Shown here piece by piece: positions 8,070 through 14,839 of a stretch of DNA of 14,839 nt (positions are counted from its first letter, which is position 1; each line of letters opens with the position of its first letter). The translations under genes were made by a program, and so were the position numbers. Under the pieces are notes generated by a model. That model was not told the DNA's origin. It ran no database searches and saw only the letters and a program-made list of their open reading frames with translations. The stretch is from an archaeon. Its GTDB lineage: Archaea > EX4484-52 > B79-G9. Where the stretch lies: NCBI GenBank assembly GCA_043813875.1, contig JBDRKP010000026.1, forward strand, positions 1-14,839. Direction: 5' to 3'.

Positions 8070-8547
8070 TATAGTAAACGCCATAACTTTTTCATGGCAT
8101 TTGCGTGCCAAGCTTTCGAGACAAGCTCAAAATAGACGAATGGCGTTTCCATACATGTAAAAATAGAGATGCTATTTTTACTGTCCAGCGAATCTTTGAG
8201 ATTCGCCCGGATCATTAAAAATCGTTTTACGATTTTTATGATTTCGAAAATTCATGGAAATTTATTGGTATATTGGAATATTTCCAAGCTTTTTCATCGC
8301 CACTATATGCGATGAAAATTTGTTCCAAATTTTCAATTTTCGAAATCACTAAAAATCCAATTCATATAGTGGATTTTTGTGATGACAAAAATCGAGGCTC
8401 TCGATTTTTAGTCATTCGAAATGGGTGAGCATTTTGAAAATCCAGCGAATCTTTGAGATTCGCCAAGATAGATTGACGTCTGTTGGTTTATTGGTTATAT
8501 TTGTCCAGCTATTAACGACGTCAACTATAGTTATGCGAGCAACTATA
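8070..8547. repeat. Bipartite hairpin element, family 1, 'filled' form with internal hairpin chain
   Basis: A arm 8070-8153, about 315 bp chain of 8 hairpin units (8153-8469), B arm 8468-8530 and mini-hairpin TATAGTT...AACTATA (8526-8547). Exact 24-bp direct repeat at 8184-8207 and 8441-8464. Confidence 0.85.
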
Positions 8548-8572
8548 TAATAAAATCTACCAAAAGTACAGT

Positions 8573-9640
8573 ATGGACCCGATTTATACATTCATCATTC
8601 CAATAATCGTAATCTTTTCCATATACTTCGGCGTGCATTACTATGTCTATTCACGGTTGCAGAAACTTTTTCCAAAAATCAGGATCAAGGGGGCAATCTG
8701 CATCCTGGCATTCATGCCCATCATATCAATGATGATTGGCCGGTCATACTATAACATATTCATAAGGATATTTGATGTAATATCATTCAGCTGGATAGGA
8801 ATAATCTTCTTCCTGATCCCGATACTGATCACATGGGAACTCCTGCGCTCCCAAATAAAGCTGGACCAGAAGACCTGGCAGAAAATCATACTGACTACAA
8901 CAATCATAATATCACTCACAGCAATCATCAACGGCCAATCAATCACCGTTAAAGAGATAGATATCCCTCTGTCTGGCCTCAAAGAGCCGCTGAAGATCGT
9001 GCAGCTTTCAGACATACACCTTGGAACCACCCACAACTCTGAATTCCTGGCAAAGATCGTAGAAAAGACCAATGAACAGAATCCTGACATCATCTTCATA
9101 ACAGGCGATCTCTTTGACGGTGCAGGCGGCACAAGAGAACACACGATCAAATCCCTGGATTCACTGGCTGCAATGACATATTTCGTAACAGGAAACCATG
9201 AGACCTATATCGGCATCGGCAAGATAGAAGAAATACTAAAAACAACAAACGTGACATTCTTAAGAGACCAATCTACAGAATACAAAGGACTGCAGATAAT
9301 CGGCATGGACAACCCTGCAAGAGACAACCAGTTCTCAAACCCCGACCTCGCGAAGATAGAAATAGACGGAACAAGACCGTCGATACTCCTTTACCACCAG
9401 CCGCTGGGAATGACTGAAGCGGATGAAAGCGGCATAGACCTTCAGCTATCCGGGCACACGCATAACGGCCAGATATTCCCGTTCAATCTCATACAAAAAC
9501 GCTTCTATCCCATGGTCAATGGACTCTACAAGATAGGAGATATGTACCTTTATGTCTCCCCCGGCACAGGGACATGGGGACCACCGATGCGTCTCGGCTC
9601 AAGAAATGAGATAACTGTCATAAACCTGTTCCCTGCCTGA
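8573..9640 (+). CDS. Membrane-anchored calcineurin-like metallophosphoesterase (YkuE/YaeI-like)
   Basis: N-terminal TM helices, then SDIH, GDLFD, GNHE, YHQP, GHTHNGQ and GTGTWGPPMR motifs. Confidence 0.92.
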   Translation: MDPIYTFIIPIIVIFSIYFGVHYYVYSRLQKLFPKIRIKGAICILAFMPIISMMIGRSYYNIFIRIFDVISFSWIGIIFFLIPILITWELLRSQIKLDQKTWQKIILTTTIIISLTAIINGQSITVKEIDIPLSGLKEPLKIVQLSDIHLGTTHNSEFLAKIVEKTNEQNPDIIFITGDLFDGAGGTREHTIKSLDSLAAMTYFVTGNHETYIGIGKIEEILKTTNVTFLRDQSTEYKGLQIIGMDNPARDNQFSNPDLAKIEIDGTRPSILLYHQPLGMTEADESGIDLQLSGHTHNGQIFPFNLIQKRFYPMVNGLYKIGDMYLYVSPGTGTWGPPMRLGSRNEITVINLFPA

Positions 9641-9683
9641 AGAAACCAGCAGTATATCCAACAATCCCAAAGATTCAGAGCAC

Positions 9684-9722
9684 AAAAGAAACCGGTGTTT
9701 CAAAAAAACACCCGATTCTTTC
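9684..9722. terminator. Imperfect stem-loop downstream of the metallophosphoesterase
   Basis: AAAAGAA-ACC-GGTGTTT-CAAAA-AAACACC-CGA-TTCTTTT. Confidence 0.4.
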
Positions 9723-9817
9723 ACCTCTTAATGCATTCAACCAGAGACCCATAACCTCAACTCTATACATTTATATTCCAGCAGCGCCAAATAATCATCA
9801 CAAGCAGGTGTAAAGAT

Positions 9818-10402
9818 ATGCTATTCGGGATAATATGCGAAACTGACGATAAGAAAGAACACAGGCTGATATTCACATCAGATGTCTCTGCATTGCATTT
9901 CAAGGCAGGGACGACATTCTCAAAAGAGGATTTCAAAGACATGCTGGAACACATAGACGCAGACTGCAAGATGTTCCGTGGAAATGCAAGGACAAGCCAT
10001 TGCACAGAAAATATAGCCCCGAAAGAAAAAACAGGTCCAAGATTCATACTGTTCCGCCATCTTGAGAAGAAAAAAAGAGAGACTGAGGTCAAAGTAAACA
10101 GGATAGACCTCAACGAGATCAACAAAAAAAATGAAACGCTGATAAAAGAGATGCTAGATTCGGAATGGAATAGCGTGAGGATAGTCCAATCATATTCTCT
10201 TTCCACATCCGATTCAGTCGAGGAGTTCTATGGAAAAAAAGATGAGAAACTTCCAAAAAAGGAAGATGAGGGGAAGAACACAATAGCTGAAACAAAAAAA
10301 TCCAATGCTGTAGGCAATGGTATCGACAAAACTGCGCCGGACTTTGGAGGCGCGATGAAAAAAATATATGATAAACTGAAAACAGTTAATCGAAGAAACT
10401 AG
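9818..10402 (+). CDS. Hypothetical protein (194 aa, charged C-terminal half)
   Basis: Long ORF with upstream AGGTG and plausible codon usage. No family recognised. Confidence 0.7.
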   Translation: MLFGIICETDDKKEHRLIFTSDVSALHFKAGTTFSKEDFKDMLEHIDADCKMFRGNARTSHCTENIAPKEKTGPRFILFRHLEKKKRETEVKVNRIDLNEINKKNETLIKEMLDSEWNSVRIVQSYSLSTSDSVEEFYGKKDEKLPKKEDEGKNTIAETKKSNAVGNGIDKTAPDFGGAMKKIYDKLKTVNRRN

Positions 10403-10465
10403 AAACCAGGATGGTCAAGAATAAATTATCACGCAATAAAATAAGTATCCTGAAAGGCAATGACT

Positions 10466-10678
10466 TCAATGCTGCCTCATAATCAATTCGATATCTTCCT
10501 TCTTTATGGTCTTTCGGCCTGCATGTCTTGAAACAGCTACCGCTTCCTTGGCAAGATCTGCTGCAATCTCTTCAATCACATCCCTCAAGGCCTCAGCGCC
10601 GCTTTCAGAAACCCGATCAGCGCCGTTGTTCCTCAATATCCTGTCAAAAGGAGCAGATGTCATCGTATGTTCAATCAT
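10466..10678 (-). CDS. Archaeal histone (HMfA/HMfB family)
   Basis: APFDRILRNNGADRVS...HAGRKTIKKEDIEL histone-fold signature, 70 aa. Confidence 0.95.
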   Translation of the reverse strand: MIEHTMTSAPFDRILRNNGADRVSESGAEALRDVIEEIAADLAKEAVAVSRHAGRKTIKKEDIELIMRQH

Positions 10679-10739
10679 ATTATCGCCAGACTATTGTTTG
10701 GCGATGAATATTAAATATTTATTGTATTTAAGTATATTT

Positions 10740-11228
10740 ATGGAAAAACTCTATATTCTGGACTCTACTGTCTTCCTCGAGACAGAAACTGGCTTCCTTG
10801 CTGGCAAAGCATGCGCAACAGTCTATGACGTGGCTGAAGAGATGAAAAGCACAAAGGCGTCAATCGAATTCGACAAGATGGTCCGCCTCGGACTAGAGAT
10901 AATAGAGCCGGAAAAAACATACATTGATGAAGCGGAAAAAACAGCAAAATCCACAAACGACAAGGTATCCTGCGCAGACAAAAAAGTCGTGGCGCTGGCG
11001 CTCCATTTCAAAGCGAAAGGCAAAGATGTCGCCGTCGTCTCTGATGATTATGGCGTCCAGAATCTCTGCAAGCACTTGAACCTCGAGATAGTCCCACAGT
11101 CCCAGAAAGCCATAAGGCAAAAACTGACATGGCTCAAGAAGTGCAGCGCATGCGGCAAACGGGTCGAATCGTTCGAAGACATCTGCCCTGTCTGCGGCTC
11201 GCCGCTGAAATATGTGCCGAAGCGATGA
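10740..11228 (+). CDS. nob1: Nob1-like PIN-domain endoribonuclease with C-terminal zinc ribbon
   Basis: ILDST, ADKKVVALA, SDDYGVQN PIN motifs and CSAC...CPVCG. True start is ATG 10740. The upstream ORF extension is antisense to the histone. Confidence 0.88.
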   Translation: MEKLYILDSTVFLETETGFLAGKACATVYDVAEEMKSTKASIEFDKMVRLGLEIIEPEKTYIDEAEKTAKSTNDKVSCADKKVVALALHFKAKGKDVAVVSDDYGVQNLCKHLNLEIVPQSQKAIRQKLTWLKKCSACGKRVESFEDICPVCGSPLKYVPKR

Positions 11229-11323
11229 GTTTAAGGTCAAAAGTCAGTATAAGTCCATATATTTGATTTTTGGATTACTAACAAAAAGAGGGGCATGTCC
11301 CACGGACAGATTTTTGATTTGAA

Positions 11324-12328
11324 CTAACCAGGTAAAATTTCTCTCAAAAAACCATTCGGGAAAAAATCAAATTTATAGTCTTTTATTGTATTATCGAACT
11401 CTATTGATTTAATCTCATCACTAAAATCCTCTCGGAGCATATACATAATATCTTGGAGTTCTTGAACAACCTTTACCTGCATATGGAAGATTATATCTGC
11501 TGCTCCAAATCCCAGCATTATATAATTAGTTTGTTTAAAACTTTTTAGTCTATTGATAAGGGCCTTTATTCTTTCATCAGAACGGCTGCTTAGCTTTATT
11601 TTAATGATATACCAATGAAGCCCCAGTTTTTCTGTAAACATATTTGGTCTGAAATGTTGTATCAATCCTGATTTTATCATCTTTTTCATGCGATAATAAA
11701 TAGTCATTCTATTTTCTTTCAATTCTTCTTCTAGTAAAGCCAATGATTTCCGCCCATCTGTAGAGAGCGCCGAAAGAATTTTTAAATCGAGATTATCTGT
11801 TTTATAGGGTTGAATTTTAATAGAAGGGAACTGAAAAGCATATTTTTCAAAAAGTACATTGTATGGTAAGAAAATATTTTCAGATATGAAAAATATTGAA
11901 TAATGATCAATTAAAAAAGGAAAGTTTGTTTCGAGTTTACTAATTATTTGATTTAGATGAAGTGTGTCTTTATACTGAAAACTGGCGGCAAAATCCCAAC
12001 TACCTGCAAATTCGAGAATTTCTACAACAAATGGGCTTTCAATCAAATAAGAGATAAATTGTTTTATTTTTATTTTATCTAGGTTCATAAATTTGAAGAA
12101 AACAAGGGATGAAGACCATCCAAGCTTCTTAATATCTATTATTGTTGTGATGTTGGTCATAATCCTTTCTTTAATTAACTTATCGATTCGGTACCGAACA
12201 ACATCTTTAGACATATGGCTATTTTTTGAGATTGTTGAGTATGGCGCCCTTCCATTTTTAAATAGTTCTACAAATATTTTTTGATCTTTTGAATCAAGTG
12301 TCAATAGATTTTCGGTGTATTTTCTCAT
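11324..12328 (-). CDS. Lrp/AsnC-family regulator with two tandem HTH + RAM units
   Basis: LDSKDQKIFVELFKNGRAPYSTI and DNLDLKILSALSTDGRKSLA HTH starts, each followed by a RAM-like domain (GSWD, GAADI). AT-rich. Confidence 0.9.
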   Translation of the reverse strand: MRKYTENLLTLDSKDQKIFVELFKNGRAPYSTISKNSHMSKDVVRYRIDKLIKERIMTNITTIIDIKKLGWSSSLVFFKFMNLDKIKIKQFISYLIESPFVVEILEFAGSWDFAASFQYKDTLHLNQIISKLETNFPFLIDHYSIFFISENIFLPYNVLFEKYAFQFPSIKIQPYKTDNLDLKILSALSTDGRKSLALLEEELKENRMTIYYRMKKMIKSGLIQHFRPNMFTEKLGLHWYIIKIKLSSRSDERIKALINRLKSFKQTNYIMLGFGAADIIFHMQVKVVQELQDIMYMLREDFSDEIKSIEFDNTIKDYKFDFFPNGFLREILPG

Positions 12329-12422
12329 ATTACTTAAAATGAACGAATATACATATAAATCTTTTTATTAAGCGTAAAATTGAATGAGAATCTACATTAT
12401 ATGCAAAAGACATATATGTGTG

Positions 12423-13298
12423 ATGGAGTTCAACAAAATCCCAGCTATTGATTTGAATGAGACGCAACTTAAAACGGGCCATTGGAATGTAATTGATAAA
12501 ATCTCAAAGAAGAGGATAAATCTTACGACAAAGACTGAAAAATTAACAAATGGAATAGTCGATATTTCTAGTTCTCTGACAAAAAGTTCTTCTGGCAGCA
12601 CGCTTACAAAGTCAAAAATGCTTGAATTGGAAGCACTAATATTGAAAGAGAAACTAAATATAAGTGAAGAGAAAGCCATATTAAGTTATGATGAAGTTAA
12701 AGGGGCGTTACCACGATTACAGCATTTCTATGAAGTTTTTGAAACGAACCTAGAAGAAGAATTCGTAAATGATTTTTTGAATGGTAGAAAAGAGCTTAGA
12801 GATTATTTACTATATAATAGATTTGTTAAACTAATAACGAACGAAAAGAATCTAGCAAAAATTTCAAAAAAAGATTGTGTCCTTTTCATTGGTAGTGGAC
12901 CACTTCCAATAACCGCTATTCTCTTAAATAAGTTTACAAAATGCTCTGTAGACTGTTATGACAAAAATAACATATTCGCAAACATATCCAAAAGAGTGAT
13001 AGAAAATCTGTCACTTTCCGACAAAATCAAGATTTATAATGGAAAAGGAGAAGACCTTTCTGGAAAGAAGTATTCCGTAATTATAATCGCACTCTTAGCC
13101 AAACCTAAAGATAAAATATTGCAGAACATATGGAATGAATCAATAAAAGGCACCAAAGTAATTTGTAGAACAACAGATGGTATACGTGAAGCATTTTATG
13201 AAAAAACTACCCCAAATCTGTTTATAAAATACACCTGTACAAATAAGGTGTTTGCAAAACATGATCAGACAATATCATCGGCTTTATTAATAAAATAA
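12423..13298 (+). CDS. Nicotianamine synthase-family SAM-dependent enzyme
   Basis: FIGSGPLPITAILL motif, helical N-domain FY...LEEE...LYNRFVKLITNE, IALLAKPK and RTTDGIREAFY. ATG 12423 is preferred (12384 possible). Confidence 0.88.
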   Translation: MEFNKIPAIDLNETQLKTGHWNVIDKISKKRINLTTKTEKLTNGIVDISSSLTKSSSGSTLTKSKMLELEALILKEKLNISEEKAILSYDEVKGALPRLQHFYEVFETNLEEEFVNDFLNGRKELRDYLLYNRFVKLITNEKNLAKISKKDCVLFIGSGPLPITAILLNKFTKCSVDCYDKNNIFANISKRVIENLSLSDKIKIYNGKGEDLSGKKYSVIIIALLAKPKDKILQNIWNESIKGTKVICRTTDGIREAFYEKTTPNLFIKYTCTNKVFAKHDQTISSALLIK

Positions 13299-13410
13299 TT
13301 CGATTGTATAAAAATAGCTCTCTTGTGACTTTTTCGCGTATGAATCGACTTTTGCTTTGCAAAAGGAATATAACCTGTGCTTTTAAGACTCCACTTCATT
13401 ATGCCTAAAT

Positions 13411-13632
13411 TATGGTCAAGGCACGAATAAATTGAGTATTTATGCCTTGTCATATCCGAAAAATTGCAATGCAATTTTTGGATTTCGAAAATTTATTCTA
13501 AATTTTCAATTTTAGAAATTCGAAATGGGTGTGCATTTCGAAAATCCAGCAAATTGTCAATTTGCTCGGATAGATGAAAGCAAGTTGATTTCTTGTTGAA
13601 ATGCGGTCATTTATTTCTTGCTTTCACTATAG
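13411..13632. repeat. Bipartite hairpin element, family 2, 'filled' form
   Basis: A: TATGG-T-CAAGGCA...TGCCTTG-TCATA (13411-13454). 116-bp insert TCCGA...TCGGA (13455-13570), homologous to the 8153-8469 chain. B: ATAG-A-TGAAAGCAA...TTGCTTTCA-CTATA (13570-13631). Confidence 0.85.
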
Positions 13633-13648
13633 TCCGATGGACTTACTT

Positions 13649-14803
13649 CTACAAAAGACTCAAAAGATAAGGCAGCGCCACAAAAGTCCCGATGGAACTG
13701 CCAAGATTCGCAAGCGCAGCTATCAGGAGGATTCTTGATACCCTGTTATTGTAGAAACCCTTGAATGTCGTCACTTCATTCAAAGCCTCGAAATCCTTCA
13801 CTCTCGGCTCCCTGATCTTCGCCTCGACGAGTCCTGCTACCATGCCGGCGCCAATGGCCGGGTTCAGCGATGTGAAGGGTGCTGCGATGAAAGCCGCAAG
13901 GATAGTCAATGGGTGCGCAAGCGCAACCAGAGCGCCGAGAGCAGACAGCGCACCGTTGATCAGGAACCAGTATATGATCATATTGAAAGCGAACTCAAAA
14001 GAATTGTGATGCATGAACCCATATGCTACAATGCCGACAAACACCAGCGGCACAAGGTAAGCCACATACTTCACCCACTTCGATCCTTCGGGAATCATCT
14101 CAAGCGGCGCGATATCCTCTTTCTTCTTCAGGTGCTTTTTGATGCCTTCTATGTGGCCGGCGCCGACAACAGCGACAATCTTCTTTCCCGGGGCAGCAAG
14201 TATCTTGTTTGCGATATAGATATCCCGCTCATCTATCAGGACCTTCTTTGCAGACGGAATCTCACGCCCGAGCTCTTCCATCATCTGGGTGATCATATCT
14301 TTATCTTTCAGCTGCTCTACCATCTCCTCCTCAATCTGTTCAGGATCTATAAGGCCGCTGATAAGGCTATACATCAGCTTGAACTTCTCGCCAATCCCCA
14401 TCTCCTTCCACGCCCTCTTCAGCGTAATCTGGATATCGCGATCAAGAAGCACGATATGTGCATCTGACTTCTTGCCTGTCTTTATCGCCTCGACCATCTC
14501 CGCACCGGGCCTTACCTCAAGATCCTCACCGAGCCTCTTCTGGAAGCTTGCAAGCAGCAGGTTCGCAAGAAAAAGATATGTCTTTCCTTCTTTTATGATC
14601 TCGGTGATTTTCGTGTCTTCCCACTTCTTCTTGTCGGTGATGGTCTTGTAGCGCTTGTCGCAAAGTTCGACACCTACTGTATCCGGCTTTTCGCGAAGAA
14701 TTGTCTCATTCACAAGCTTTATGCTCTCTTTTGAGACATGAGCAGTGCCCACAAGAACTATTTCCCTGCCCCCGACCTTAATGCGGTCGATGTTTTTCAT
14801 CAT
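13649..14803 (-). CDS. TraB/PrgY (GumN) family protein with C-terminal membrane domain
   Basis: VGTAHVS, VELC, PGAEM, DRDIQITL, LIDERD, VVGAGH and APFTSLNP motifs. Confidence 0.93.
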   Translation of the reverse strand: MMKNIDRIKVGGREIVLVGTAHVSKESIKLVNETILREKPDTVGVELCDKRYKTITDKKKWEDTKITEIIKEGKTYLFLANLLLASFQKRLGEDLEVRPGAEMVEAIKTGKKSDAHIVLLDRDIQITLKRAWKEMGIGEKFKLMYSLISGLIDPEQIEEEMVEQLKDKDMITQMMEELGREIPSAKKVLIDERDIYIANKILAAPGKKIVAVVGAGHIEGIKKHLKKKEDIAPLEMIPEGSKWVKYVAYLVPLVFVGIVAYGFMHHNSFEFAFNMIIYWFLINGALSALGALVALAHPLTILAAFIAAPFTSLNPAIGAGMVAGLVEAKIREPRVKDFEALNEVTTFKGFYNNRVSRILLIAALANLGSSIGTFVALPYLLSLL

Positions 14804-14839
14804 CTATCTTAATGCAGAAAATGTTTTTTTATAGTTATT

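Noticed and set aside
7920..8215. Short ORFs 7953-8135, 7920-8111 and 7946-8215 (likewise 4496-4696 and 13265-13474)
   Set aside because: They run through hairpin elements or non-coding DNA with no motif support.
8153..8469. CRISPR array interpretation of the hairpin chain
   Set aside because: Only two identical 24-mers, 257 bp apart. No regular repeat-spacer period and no cas genes.
10506..10739. N-terminal extension of the PIN protein
   Set aside because: It is antisense to the histone gene and crosses the promoter. The PIN fold begins at 10740.
13649..14803. TraB as evidence of a conjugative element
   Set aside because: The TraB/PrgY family is a common chromosomal archaeal gene and is unrelated to transfer machinery.

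Overview
Archaeal chromosomal window, possibly DPANN-like (inference from gene style and a tandem-domain Lrp). Evidence for archaeal origin: an HMf-type histone, NreA, a Nob1-like PIN protein, a tRNA with a bulge-helix-bulge (BHB) intron and TATA-type promoters. Core-looking genes: a multi-pass membrane protein overlapping a wHTH regulator, a K+-independent-type membrane pyrophosphatase (hppA), an intron-containing tRNA-Ile(GAU), nreA, histone, nob1-like and a TraB/PrgY-family gene. Accessory-looking genes: Imm5-like, a bacterial RhlE-like DEAD-box helicase, a metallophosphoesterase, and an AT-rich Lrp + nicotianamine-synthase island. The most striking unannotated signal is non-coding. Four intergenic loci (4228-4332, 5975-6079, 8070-8547, 13411-13632) carry a modular family of hairpins. 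Each locus has an 'A' arm (TATRG-T-stem...stem-YCATA) and a 'B' arm (ATAS-A-stem...stem-STATA), all in the same orientation, each with one unpaired base, and with many compensatory stem changes between copies. Two loci are 'empty' (A abuts B). Two are 'filled' at exactly that junction by chains of bulged hairpins joined through shared AT dinucleotides. Three of the four loci sit at the edges of accessory genes. No transposase or recombinase is in the window, so the mechanism is inferred.
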